Below, piece after piece: positions 15,635-32,753 of a stretch of DNA of 64,000 nucleotides. The notes under the pieces were generated by a model, which saw only the letters and a program-made list of their open reading frames with translations, did not search any database and was not told where the DNA came from. The stretch is from the human T2T-CHM13v2.0 reference genome, Homo sapiens. The stretch lies in NCBI RefSeq assembly GCF_009914755.1, contig NC_060927.1. One strand, written 5' to 3'. How positions within the stretch are numbered: the stretch's first letter is position 1; each line of letters starts with the position of its first letter. The position numbers and the translations under genes are program-made.

Positions 15635-15733
15635 AAGGCAGCAGAATATTGTGTATATCAAGAATTGGCTACTGACTGGCTCCTCTGTGAACTACGGGTC
15701 CCATGTTTTAATCATATGCCACACATGGTCTTG
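15635..15733 (+). pseudogene. Channel exon relic, DII S4
   Basis: aaag|...ttg|gtatgt; EGSRILCISRIGY*LAPL* (C and stops restorable to R by CpG reversal) vs Nav EGLSVLRSFRLLRV. Confidence 0.6.
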
Positions 15734-16241
15734 GTATGTGTCTGTTAATCTCTCTGCAGCAAGTGAGGGATACACAGTGTATTCCGAGAGTTCTTTTTTG
15801 GTAGGAAGGGATAAGAGGTGGGAGTGAGTGAGCACAGCCACAGTTTCCAGAATTTGTTATTATCCTGCAGAAGATTTGGATTTCCAGAAGAGGAGAAATG
15901 GGGAAAAAAAAAAAAAGACTAATGAAAAAGAAAGGAGAATTAAATTCTCAAGCAACGTTCCTTTATTTTTACTTTTTATTGTAAAACTAACATCATCACA
16001 AGTAATAGAATTCTTTAAAGTCTTTGCTGAGACTATGACCCTAATAAAGATTTGTTTTCATTATTACATATTTCCCTCCAGTTCCTGCTCACATGCATTT
16101 ATAATTTTTCATTTCATTGCAATCATAGCATGGATAAAAGTTTGTATCCTTAAGGTTTGTTCCCTGAATAATTATATTCTATAAACATTACCCATATTAC
16201 CTTAGCATTTTCAAAATTATATTTTTGTGCCTGAATAATAG

Positions 16242-16659
16242 TCCATGGAGTCACTTATGTACCACAGAGTTTACATGTTCAGGAGAGGTTTCCCTTTTTC
16301 CTGGGCTATTTCCCTCAACTTTTCTTTGCATTGGACCTCTTATCAGTTGGACTTTAACCAAAATCTTCCAATGTAGATTAACTTGGTTTAACTCAACGTT
16401 AACTTAGGTTAACTTGGGTTAACTCAACGTTAACTTAGGTTAACTTGGGTTAACTCAACGTTAACTTAGGTTAACTTGGGTTAACTCAACGTTAACTTAG
16501 GTTAACTTGGGTTAACTCAACGTTAACTTAGGTTAACTTGGGTTAACTTGGGTTAACTCAATGTTAACTTAGGTTAGCTTGGGTTAACTCAACTTAACTT
16601 GGATTAACTCAATGTTACCCAAACCACATTCCACAGACCTTCCCCTGAGATACTAACAG
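16242..16659 (+). pseudogene. Channel exon relic, DII S5 and pore helix, interrupted by a minisatellite
   Basis: SMESL, FFLGYFPQLF (cf. FSLLGMQLF); after the repeat NHIPQTF/EILT|gt (cf. Cav DNFPQSLLTVFQILTG). Confidence 0.55.
16378..16617. repeat. 31-bp minisatellite ttaacttggg-ttaactcaacg-ttaacttagg, about 7.5 copies
   Basis: Four perfect units 16409-16532 plus degenerate flanking units; GTTAAC every 10-11 bp. Confidence 0.97.
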
Positions 16660-16958
16660 GTGCTATGTGCTATGTGCAGGAGGGATGATAAGGGAGAAGC
16701 CCTGTCCTCAAATGTATTTGGGGAGTTTTTAATGCACACATCTTACTTATCTTTTATTACTTATCCTTTCTGAGGTTTAATATCCTCATCTTTCCCCCAA
16801 ATGAGATAACATATTTAGAAGGTCTAACACATAGTAAGCACTCAATAAATATTAGTTTCTTCCTCTTCCCTTTTTCTGTCCTATGTTAAGTAAATATCAA
16901 GTATCTAAAGGAGACAACTGTTGAGGTTCAGTAATTACTGCCAGAAAAGCCAATTGAG

Positions 16959-17125
16959 CATAAAATGACTCGAGAAAAGGGCTCAGCTTCAACTAAGTAG
17001 CATGGGAAGGTGGCTGGTACACCCACTCAAAGTTTGGCTGCTTAATTATATCATGCCTATTTACATATTGGGTACAGTGATATCAGTGAACTATAAATTT
17101 CAAAAAGAGCTTAAATGAGTAGATG
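16959..17125 (+). pseudogene. Channel exon relic, DII post-filter and S6
   Basis: Donor atg|gtaagt; *LEKRAQLQLSSMGRWLVHPLKVWLLNYIMPIYILGTVISVNYKFQKELK* vs NALCN AVILDNLELDEDLKK. Confidence 0.65.
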
Positions 17126-17549
17126 GTAAGTACAAAATGGGAAATGGTTGGGGTACCTGCTAAATCTTTGAAAACTCTAAATCTAGAGGGAAACTGTGTG
17201 CTTCTCCTAGAAGTCTCCTGAGGACATTATTATAGAAAAATTAGTAGAATTGACAGAGCGTCTGGTGACCTAAGCACACAAGATGAAGTGTGGAATCTGA
17301 GCTTGGCCCTACCTGATCTAGGTCCCTTGGCAGCTGGGGTTATTTCTACCGACACCTAGAAATAATAAAATTTTATTTGGGCTCAAATTTCACAACTGAC
17401 ATTCAAACCATTGTTTCATTTATATATTCCACTGATGCCTTCAATGTAATGTAGTGTTGAATTAAGTAGTTTTTCCTTATTCCTGATAAACTTTTAACCG
17501 TGACCTTGATAAGAAGGGTGAAAGTGGGAAATATTCAGCTATAAGAGTA

Positions 17550-18020
17550 TTTCTCTAAGTTTGATCTTCGGACCACTTACATCAGAATTATTAGGGATGG
17601 TGTTAAAAATTCAGATTCCTAAGCCCCATCTCAAACCTATTGACTCAGAATTTCTGGGAGCAGGATTTAGGAATCTGCATTTTGTTTTATTTTATTTTAT
17701 TTTTGAGATAGAGTCTTGCTCTGTTGCCCAGGCTGGAGTGCAACCTCCACCTCCCAGGTTCGAGCAATTCTTCTGCCTCAGCACCCCTGAGTAGCTGGGA
17801 TTACAGGCGCACACCACCAGGCCCGACTCATTTTTATATTTTTTAGTAGAGATGGGGTTTCACCATGTTGGCCAGGCTAGCCTCGAACTCCTGATCTCAA
17901 GTGATCTGCCCACCTCAACCTCCCAAAGTGCTGGGATAAAAACCTGAGCCACTGTTCCCGGCCCAGGAATCTGCATTTTAAATGTGCTATGTAGATCTTT
18001 CACATGAACACTAAAGTTCA
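17550..18020. mobile_element. MER5A/B DNA transposon split by an Alu
   Basis: aaaattcagattcctaagccccatc..tgactcagaatt..ggaatctgcatttt. Confidence 0.75.
17684..17964 (-). mobile_element. AluS with internal deletion
   Basis: Perfect TSD aggaatctgcatttt at 17669-17683 and 17965-17979; right arm deleted between two tgca. Confidence 0.92.
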
Positions 18021-18547
18021 GATCCTTAGCTGGTGTTCTTGCTCCATTGCGTTTTTTTTCAATCGTTTTTGTAATATTCTTTCTCAGCTTCTAGATTTTT
18101 CGTGCCATTCTTTCAATGAGAACCTGGCATGGCTCCTTTCGATCACCTCATTCTGTTTAGACCTATCCCTTGATGGTGAAAGGCCTTCCCTCTGTCTTTC
18201 CAATGCCATCTCACTGTCTCACTAGCCCTGTTCCCAACTCATGAGTTGTCCACTTGGGTCAACATAAGATGCCCTCAAGGTGTGCTCAGCAGAGCTTTGG
18301 AGTTTCCATAGAGGACCATCAGGGCTACTATTGTGGGAGACAGGGTGGGAGATGGAATTGTTATGACCCTCTATTTCCATTCAACCAGAGCTCCACTTGT
18401 GCTTCCACATGAAGTTTATCTGAAGATAAGACTCTGGTGTATAGAACAATCTTCTAAAAAGCATCGTCCTAGATTAAATTTACTATGCCCCTTCCCTGTC
18501 TGCAAAGACTTTGTTTCCTTTGTGTAAAACTTCTCTCTCTCTCTCTC

Positions 18548-19131
18548 TGTATTAATCATGGTTTTAATTTTCTGTATCTTAAATATATTTTGATATCTTA
18601 AAAATCTTGCTGGCCAGGAAGAGACTGCCTCTCCCAGGGCTATGAAACTCTTAGAGATAACAAAGGGCCCTGCTGGGCTTTGAGCACACCTTTTATATAT
18701 AAAACCAACCAATGTGAGTCTACACCCCCAAACCTACACCTCCTAATCTAACTGTCACTGATTGAGCCAATATTTCTCTTGCTCTAAAGCAGCCCAGCAG
18801 CCAGGTAGCAGACTAGAGACCACCCCTACATTCCAGAACTCACTGATGTTATTCAAACTAGCCAGTCCTAAACTGTTTACTCCACCCTGCCTTCTGTTCA
18901 CTCTGCCCTGCCTTGTCTTTCCTTCAAAAACCCTAATAAGGGCTCTGGCTTAGGCTTTCTCCTTACTATCTCCTGACAACATTGGTGTTTTCTCACTGTG
19001 GCCAGGTGTAATGTGTTTGCCCCTTCTCTCAGGAAAGGTGAGTAATACTTTCTTCTTTCAGTGGCATTAACCCTTCCATGTTACAGTCAGTCATACCTCT
19101 ATAAATTAAGTCTCAGGTAGATTGAAAAACA
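18548..19131 (+). mobile_element. MER74-like ERVL solo LTR
   Basis: tgtattaatcatg start; gagactgcctctcccagggcta; aaaccaaccaat; ends aaaaca. Confidence 0.7.
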
Positions 19132-19137
19132 TCCTCT

Positions 19138-19460
19138 GCCGGGTGTGGTGGCTCATGCCTGTAATCCCAGCACTTTGGGAGGCAAAGGTGGGTGGATCAC
19201 GAGGTCAGGAGATCGAGACCATCCTGGCCAACATGGTGAAACCCCATCTCTACTAAAAATACAAAAATTAGCCAGGTGTGGTGGCATGCAACTGTAATCC
19301 CAGCTACTCAGGGGGCTGAGGCAGGAGAATTGCTTGAACCCAGGAGGCGGAGGTTGCAGTGAGCCGAGTTTATGCCACTGCACTCTGGCCTGAGTGGCAG
19401 AGTGAGACTCTGTTGCAAAAAAAAAAAAAAGAAAGAAAGAAAGAAAAAAGAAAAAAAAAA
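19138..19460 (+). mobile_element. AluSc/Sc8-like
   Basis: Full dimer; TSD aaaa(a/g)catcctct. Confidence 0.9.
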
Positions 19461-19532
19461 AGCATCCTCTCTCACATTTAAGGCTTCCTTGTCAACAATC
19501 AATAATTACCAAACTTCAAAATGTTCCTCGAA

Positions 19533-19582
19533 ATGCAGCTGGATCCTGCTTAACCTGATGCAGCTGGATCCTGCTTAACCTG
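19533..19582. repeat. Perfect 25-bp tandem duplication
   Basis: atgcagctggatcctgcttaacctg x2. Confidence 0.97.
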
Positions 19583-19669
19583 CCAGCCTCCAGATTGTCT
19601 TTAACATCCTGAGCTCAGGTAACCTCACTGCAAGTTCAGCCTAAATTCTTAAATTATACTTGTCTCAGT

Positions 19670-19795
19670 TATTTATTTCATTTATTCAACCAATATTTAT
19701 TGACCCACCACTATGTACCAGAACCTGCATTTGGCCCCAGAAACATAGTCTTGAACAAAATAGACAAAAATCCCTGCCCCCCAAGGAACTTATAT
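19670..19795 (-). mobile_element. L2 3' fragment
   Basis: ttcatttattcaaccaatatttattga..gaacaaaatagacaaaaatccctgcc. Confidence 0.7.
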
Positions 19796-20379
19796 CTTTG
19801 TGTGCATGACTTCCCCAAATAGATTGTAAATTCCACAATAGGAAGTTGTTCTCCTACTTGTTTTGCATTTTCCCATAGGACTTATTAAAGTAATTAATTA
19901 CATTCATTACAGAAAACATAACATAAATTTATGACAAAGCCATTTCATGTCTTACTATTAAAACTCAGAGTAAAAGGTTTTTATTTTCTGGCTATTTAAA
20001 AAACAATTATGAACAACATTTTCTGTAACTGCTTCCTGCCCATATCTCAGATTCTGTTTAGAATCAACGACCCAAAATTTAGAGAGAAAGAATAAACAAC
20101 AATTATTTACAACTCTTTAATTCTGTAATCAAAAGGATGTAATTAAATTTTTCTCATACTTTCTTCTTAAATATCTCTACAACCCTTATAAGAAGAGCTT
20201 GCCTAAATTCCCAAATTTACCCAACAATTTATTTTACTTGCAAAAAGTACAAAGAGCTTTAAAAGGAGGAAATGTTACTTTCTCAGTTTCCTTCTTCCTT
20301 TTCTTGAGTTCAGAACACCTTTTTTTTCCTACCTCACTCAGTGTACTGAACATGAATTTTACCCACATATAACTCAGAA

Positions 20380-21310
20380 ATGACTTCTGATGTCCAGCAA
20401 TGATGGGCTAACTTATTCAGACCAATTCTCTCACTGAAAATTACTAAAAATACTGAATAAAATATGTTTTAATCTTTATTTAAAACATCAATATGCCAAA
20501 ACATAAGTAAGGCATTATCAGGCCAAAACCAAGAATAAATGAGAGCACAGAAAAGTAGGCCAACCACTAGAAGTTGTTTCTGTTCCAAGGGCATCTGCCT
20601 ATTTGGACTGTGAAACTGAGCTATGGCTACAATGGATTCCTGGTGTGAGGCAGATGGAAATCATATCCCAAGGCCCACCAAAAGTGGAGAATATAACAGG
20701 ACAACCCCATATTAAACTGGAACACAAAAGGCTACACCAGAGGTAAGCCCATTCCCTCCCTTCAGGCTCAGACAACTACAGAAAGAGTTGTTTTAGCTCA
20801 GCACAAAGCAGGGCATAAGGAAAAGAAAAAGGAAATCCAGCCCTGAGAGGCTGTAACCACAGGAATATTTGAAGCCCAGATGTGCAGCCCCAAATTTGTA
20901 CTACTGCCAAAAATCTAGTTTAGAGTACCAGAATGATATTATACCTAATTCTCTAAAAGAAGAAAATACAAACCTCTTCCAGAGGAAGTTATCTTCCTAT
21001 TAGTAGGTCTTTGAGAATCCTCAGAAATATGTTTTCAAGTGCTACGAGTAACACAGAATCAAAGATAGCCAAGCACACAAAGAAACAAGGCACCATGAGC
21101 AAGAACCAGCAGACAGCAGAATCAGACATTTGCAGACTTAAGATATTGGAATTACCACACACAGATTATTGAATAAAAATGTTTATTATATTGAAAGGAA
21201 TTTTTAAAGCTTGAAGATACAGGAAGGCACAAGAATCTATAAAAAATGTCAAAGCAATTCTTAAAAAGAGGCAAATAGCTCTAGAAACTAAAAACATAAT
21301 AATCCATATG
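20380..21310 (+). mobile_element. Old L1M 5'UTR/ORF1 fragment
   Basis: gacttctg start; caccatgagcaagaaccagcag..cagacttaagatattggaatta, typical of old L1M ORF1 start. Confidence 0.55.
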
Positions 21311-22209
21311 AGAAATTTTTTCTATAATTGAACTTAGCTCCTGAGTCCTTATTTCTGCTGATAATGGAAATTACAAATGTATTCATGATTAAAGGTAACT
21401 CAGTCACCTCCAGATTAAACTCTGTCTCTTTTGGGTAAATGATAACTTAGTAGGCAGTAACTTAGAACTAATCTAAGTTCCAGGGTCTGGCACATCCTTG
21501 GAGGGCAGTTTGGTTTGGGAGGTCTTCTGTTCTCTGTTCTGTACTAACCCTGCTTTCTTTCGTTCTTAGGCATTTATTGGCCTCTTTCCTCACTGCACCC
21601 ACTACAGAAGTGCCCACACTCCCTTGATAACTCCTGTCAATCTCAACTATAAGACTTCTTTATGTCCTCTGATTTGTATCTAGTCCTTGCCTGTACTTCT
21701 AGAAAACATAGAAAATTTTCACTGGCTGGGCTACCCTCTGGAGGTGCAGCATGGACTGCCTCAGGTCATAAATCCCCATCTAGGAAGCTATATTTTCTCA
21801 GACAGAAAGTAGGAGAAAAATTCCCTCTACAATCAGATCCACAAACTTATCTGTCTGTTTTTTCTTTCACAATCCCACTCCTCTCCCCACCAAGACTCAA
21901 CCAAAATAGGAAAAAAGAGCTCTTTTTCTTCTCCTCTCCCTCTCTGTCAAGCTTCTTACCCATCTCAGAAATGAGTCTGTCCCCTCTCTGAATGGCAAGA
22001 AAATATTCTATGTTTACTGAAGAATTCTTTCTGTTTTATGTTTATTGTATAAACTCTATGCTCTGAGACCTGCAGGCTTTGTTTTGATATTCAAGGTTTT
22101 GGAACAAAAAACAAACAAAGAAATAATAACCTCCCCCACCCCACAAAAAAATTTCTCTTATTCAGAACTTTGCTGTCAGAGTTGAAAGATCTCACTTGGA
22201 AAACCCTCT

Positions 22210-27270
<5,061 letters not shown>

Positions 27271-28013
27271 TTGGAAAACCCTCTTTTAAAACTCAAAGGT
27301 AAGAGTCTGACGGTTCTCACTGTTCTGTTTGTATTTCTCTCAGGCTGATGGCAGAGGGAGACTACTAAGAAGGAAAAATACGTCCAATAATATTTCAAAA
27401 TATTATTCTGCTGTATGAGCAACTTTTTATCTAGTTCCTACAAAAAGAAAACATATTTAACAAAAATATTTGTTGGAACGAAATCATCCTGGGACAAAAA
27501 AAAATGTGGGACCCATAGAGTTTTGTTATATAAGGATTTCATCAGTTCATAGGTTTCAAGAGCAGGTCACTGGCAAACTGAATTAATTTACTATGCACTT
27601 CTCACAGGTCAGAAGTAGTGTTATTGCAATAATTGTAGATTTTGAATAAAGACATATTTACCTTGACTAGTAGCTATAAAGATAGACTGAAACCTTTTTA
27701 AATCTCAAAATTAAGAGTGCTCTACTGACACCAGCAAGGGTGATTATATCACCCCGAATATCAGTAGGGAGGGGCTGTTTTTAATGAGAATTGATGCCAT
27801 AAATTGACAATTCAAAAATGACTCAGCATTGAAAAATAGTACAATATATAATATTATTAAGAATAGTTTTAGTTTCATTGATGCAGAAACTGTTTGCACA
27901 CAAAAGAATGCAAATTCTAAGATCTCTCTTTCTTCCAAGGATAAAATATACGCACACATATATATATATATGCAAAGAGAGTAAATGAAATCTGCCAACT
28001 TTATATTTGGAAG

Positions 28014-28624
28014 GAAATTCAGAGACGATTTTCCTGCCAGCAGTCTTGGGTGTAGACCAAGTAGATAAAGTTATCAGAAAGGATTAATTGGATCCTGATC
28101 CATATGTAATTGAGCTTCCACTTTGGTACACTGGCTATTAATGTTTTAGATGGGAGAGTATAGTGTCTCTTTCAGCTAGAATTGAAATATCTATAAGACG
28201 AACTGGAGAAAGCATTAAGAAAACGCCAAGACACCCAGGAATTTGCATATCCCTGATTGTGACTATAGGTAGAGGTCACATCAGTTCTATAAAATCAGCA
28301 TTTACTTTGTACACCTGCCTAGGAAGCAAACAACAATGAAAATTCTCCAATTTCCAGGACTTAAGTATGTAGAAAAATTCACCTAGAGCTGAAATTTACA
28401 AAAGCAAAACTATAGAGCCTTCTTAATTTTTAAGATTTCGGTTAATAAGTTTTAGAAATTGTTTCAAAAAGTAAATATCCATTAAGTCATTTATAGAATG
28501 GTAGAGCTGAGTGTACGTGTGTCGTGAAGATCAGTGCTATGGTTTCCACAGCAACTACAGCTCTGTCTGCTTGAATCCTCGCTTTGTACTTTACTCAGCC
28601 TGTGCTAGTAAATTTAGGCCCATG
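28014..28624 (+). pseudogene. Three clustered channel exon relics (28014-28105, 28176-28268, 28497-28624), II-III linker to DIII S1
   Basis: AG/GT-bounded; FPASSLGC, GICISLIVTIEW, AECTCVVKISAMVSTATTALSA; true frame ambiguous. Confidence 0.4.
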
Positions 28625-28816
28625 GTGAGCACCTGTAGGCGAATATAGGTATGCACTCACCTATCTGTGATATTCTGTGTATTTCTTATAAGAACTAAGG
28701 TTTCCTTCTTACCATATCATGATCTACTTAACATTTAAGCTTGGAATAAACAAAGCCCTATCTGGGCTTTCAAATCCCATGAGGTATACTAAAATATTTT
28801 TGTAATAGAGATTGTG

Positions 28817-29150
28817 GGCCAGGTGCGGTGGCTCATGCCTAACACTAACCCTAACCCTAACCCTAACCCTAACCCTAATCACAGCACTTTGGGAGGCCAA
28901 GGCGGGCACATCACCTGAGGTCAGGAGTTCAAGACTAGCCTGGCCAACATGGTGAAACCCCGTCTCTACCAAAAATACAAAAATTAGCTGGGCATGGTGG
29001 CGGGTGCCTGTAATCCCAGCCATTCGGGAGGCTGAGGCAGGAGAATCACTTCAACTGTGAGACGGAGGTTACAGTGAGCCGAGATTGTGCTACTGCTCTT
29101 CAGCCTGGCCGATAAGAGCAAAACTCTGCCAAAAAGAAAAAAGAAAAGAC

Positions 29151-29220
<70 letters not shown>
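28817..29220 (+). mobile_element. AluSx/Sq with telomeric insert and (GAAA)n tail
   Basis: Full dimer; long GAAA tetranucleotide run about 29150-29220. Confidence 0.93.
28838..28878 (-). repeat. Short interstitial telomeric sequence (TTAGGG)n
   Basis: cctaa cactaa (ccctaa)5 on the + strand. Confidence 0.95.
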
Positions 29221-29221
<1 letters not shown>

Positions 29222-29624
29222 GAATTATGACCAATGACATATTTTTAAAAAGTAAAGGATTGCATATTGGAATAATCCAAATCCCCTAAATTTACAACTG
29301 AGCAACAACTCTGTCACTGATTCAAGAAAGGTCTTCTCTTGGGCTCATTAATTCCAGAAACTGGGCTAATAGAATAAGGAAATATTTCAGCTCAATTTGC
29401 CTTAAAACTACATATCTGGGGTTCCTGAAGCAGCACTTCAGTCCCTTCCAACTGAGCATCTCAATTACCTTATGATTCTCAATAAATTGGTTGATTGGGC
29501 TCAACGTATCTATCATACCAGGTCCCAATGCTTGACTGATTGCTGAGTAGTGCAATTAGTAGGCTGAGTTATTTAGAAGACTTGTCCCCACCATGGAAGA
29601 CAAGCTCCACCCCAATTACTCTAG

Positions 29625-29691
29625 AGCTTCTTGCTCCAGTGTTTCCTATGGCAAGATTTTCTTCTGAATGAAATCATCGTCTGTATATTTG
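29625..29691 (+). pseudogene. Candidate channel exon relic, DIII S2 end
   Basis: FLLQC / VSYGKIFF vs EMLLKWVAYG. Confidence 0.35.
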
Positions 29692-30379
29692 GTGTTCATT
29701 TATTAATAGATCCAACAAATATTTATAGAGTGCCTACCATGTGCAGGGGGCTGTGCTGTCACTAGAGATCCTATGCTGACCCTGTAACTAAACACCTTGA
29801 ATGGCTTCTAATAAGGACCCAAGCCTAATGAACAGTGTTAGAGAAGATTTTCAATCAGGCCATTCTCAGTGACCAAAACCCTTAATGTGGCTATCAAATG
29901 CCCACCGCCAGGTTTTCCTCTTCCATTACAGGCTTTCATCTTACATTCCAAGATCCTACCCTATGATTGACCCTTCCTCCTATGTCTTCCCTACTCTCTT
30001 CTTGCATTGCTGTTAGCATGTAAATCGCCACTTGATTCCCACTGTCACTCCAATCCTGCGTTCTACCTTCTGACTCCTAGAACCACTTAGCTGCTCCATG
30101 TCATACCTGGTTACTTTTTTCTCCACCTTCATCTCTCTTCTCACTGAGGATTTTGAAGTGGTCAAGACTCAGGGAGAATCAAGGCACCATGTGGCTTTTG
30201 TCTTTGAACAGTTCAGGGCCTAACAGGGTACAATAAATCCATTTGGGACTTGGATTTCCACCTTGGCTACATACTGGTTAAAAAAACTTTGTAGTACTAC
30301 TGTGAGGATCTAGTCACTATTTGTCCCATTGCTTCTAGTGGTAAATGTTTCCAAGTTCCATACAGCCCATTTACCTTCT

Positions 30380-32200
30380 TCATTTTCCCCCTAAGCCAGC
30401 CTGAATTCTCAGTGAAGAGACCACTATCCATATAATCACCTGAACCAGAAACCTACAGTTGATCCAATTCCCTTCCTGCTCACTAACCTTCCTCATCCAC
30501 TCCTTCACCAAGCCTTATGGGCTTATCTTCACTGTCACTGCCTTATGTAGGTTCTTATCACTTCTGGCCTGACTTATTGCCCTACCGCACCCCCCACCAC
30601 CTCATTGAGTAGTCAAACCTATCAACACCCATCACCAAACATCACATTGCTGCCGCCACTGGTACCCATCAAATTCATCTCTCCCTATGCAACTTATCAC
30701 ATTTTTTTCCAAAGCATATGTCACTTCGTGTTCTGAATCCCCTTAGCTTTCAGAATAATGTTCAAACTCCTTGGTTTATAACAAATGGTTTACAATCAGG
30801 TCCTACTCACATTTGTGGCTTCCTTTACCACCACCGTACCATCCATCCATGCAATCCCTGTGTCACCCATACAGGACAGTGTGTAGCTCCTGTAACCCCT
30901 GCTGCTGATTCACACCTCCATTATCTCACATACACTGACTGTTTTCTCTACTTGGAATGCCCTTCTTTCTGTGAATAGTGAAGTTAACTCTTACTGCTCT
31001 TATTAGTCCCTCAAACTCAGTTTGCCATGTGTCACCCACTGTGCTGAGAGCAGTACATGTATTCCTTGAACCCCACCTCCAACTTAGGCGCCCTTCATTT
31101 GGGTTCCATAGCTCTCTAGATACCTCTACTAGAGCACTTGCCATAAATAACATATTTATTTAGTCAGTTTCATTTATTCATTCAACAAATATTTATTCCC
31201 ATGTGTCCTACAATAGTGGGCAACTTAGACAAGTTTTCTACTCTCTGGTTCTTACAGGATTGCAGGGAGAAAGACAATTGAGAAGTAACAATGATGGATC
31301 ATAGGTGGTAAAGTAGAAGACTCTGTGGGTGTCGGGGTTCTTAACACAATCCAGGAGGTCAGGAAAGGCTTCCTAAGGGAGCCATCCTTTGGTTGAGCCT
31401 GAGGTATGTACCAGGAAAAGAGATCAGCCCATTAAAGGCCTAGAAATGAGAGAGCACATGCATGGGGCCTCTCTTCAGGTAACTGAAATAAGTTCATTAT
31501 TAATGGAGAAAGGTAGGGCACTGGCAAGACAGCAAGATGGAGCAGTGACAGCAGTGCTGGCTAGTGGGGAGGGCTGTAAAAGCCTTGTCTAAGGAAGCCA
31601 GATTTGTTTATCCCTAAAGCAATGGAAAGGCCATTGAACGATTTTAAGGGTGGTGACATGGTCAGACATGCCTTTTAGAGTGGTCACTGTGGCTGCCCAT
31701 TAGAGATGCAGGGAGGCTAATTGGGACACTGTTACTAATCCAAGTGAGAGATGCTAGTGGGCTGGACTAGATAGTACCAGTAGGAAAGCAGAAATGTAGA
31801 CAAACTTTAGAGCTGCCTATGAGGTAGAATTAACAGGATTTGTTGACTTATTAGGAAAAAGACATGAGGGAGAAGAAAGACTAAAGGATAATCCCAAATA
31901 TTTAGATTTAGGTAGTTTGGGGTGCCATTCCTGTAAAACTGGGAATTTTTGGATGGAGAGAGGAGCAGTTTTGACAGAAAGATGATAAGCTCAGTGGACA
32001 CAATAGAGGCAGGTCTGGAAATTTGAAAGTCATTATCATATAGATTGTAATTAAGGCCAAGGGGATGGATATAATCCCATTAAGCTATAGGTCTAGTGAG
32101 GCAAGGACCATACATTATTCACCTCTGCATCTCCAGGGTCTGATACTGTTTCTGGAACAGAGTAGGTGCTTTGGTAATTTTATTGAATTTAATGAATATT
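30380..32200. mobile_element. Cluster of L2 fragments (both orientations)
   Basis: cattcaacaaatatttatt tail at about 31170; ggaaggccattg..ttttaag..gtgacatggtcaga and similar L2 motifs. Confidence 0.6.
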
Positions 32201-32379
32201 AATTAATTAACTCTGTGAAATGCAATCACATTTAATTTGAAAATCTTCCTTAGTATAAAATATTGGAATACAAAAATTGTGGTGGTACTGATATGCATCA
32301 ACAATTGAGAAGTAACAATAACAGATCATAGATAGTTTTTAGAAAAGTGATATTGAAATGGATAATCTAAAAAAAAAAG

Positions 32380-32534
32380 TTGGGCCGAATAATAACTACT
32401 TTGAAGACAAATGAAATGTATTTCACTTGTACAAATTAAAGCATAGTTACAGTCCAAAAATTACCAAAGCAGATTGCAAGTGCTATTTTATCATCATTTG
32501 TACAGTGTGATGGAGCAATTAAAATTTGATATAT
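32380..32534 (+). pseudogene. Channel exon relic, DIII S3-S4
   Basis: YFEDK*NVFHL (YF.D.WNVFD motif; TGG>TGA) then SRLQVLFYHHLYSVMEQLKFDI; donor at|gtattt. Confidence 0.7.
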
Positions 32535-32619
32535 GTATTTGTCTATGCATAATAATTAGCAAGAGACAAAGAGATTAAAAGGATAGTTAAAGAAAAACCA
32601 AAAATGAGCATCCTTTCAG

Positions 32620-32753
32620 CCATGCATTTGGCACCACACACATCTGCTTTCAGCAACAGCCTGTCATGGTGGCTTGCTTTTGATTTTCCACTGGTTCCCC
32701 TCACAGAACTTATATGTGGGGAGGCAACAAAACTCTTCTTGTGTATTATCATG
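32620..32753 (+). pseudogene. Channel exon relic, DIII S5
   Basis: ctttcag|...atg|gtaatt; in phase with the previous exon; SAFSNSLSWWLAFDFPLVPLTELICGE vs [27 protein letters not shown]. Confidence 0.6.

Noticed and set aside
16378-16617. CRISPR-like array
   Set aside because: Head-to-tail units with no unique spacers, in eukaryotic DNA
27344-27412. Exon-like segment with a strong acceptor
   Set aside because: Implied upstream intron is only 45 bp and no motif is recognisable
32620-32753. Mab-21/cGAS-like (HLAP...WWLAF) or RGS-domain reading
   Set aside because: These are isolated motifs; the upstream in-phase exon and flanking exons fit channel S3-S5 far better
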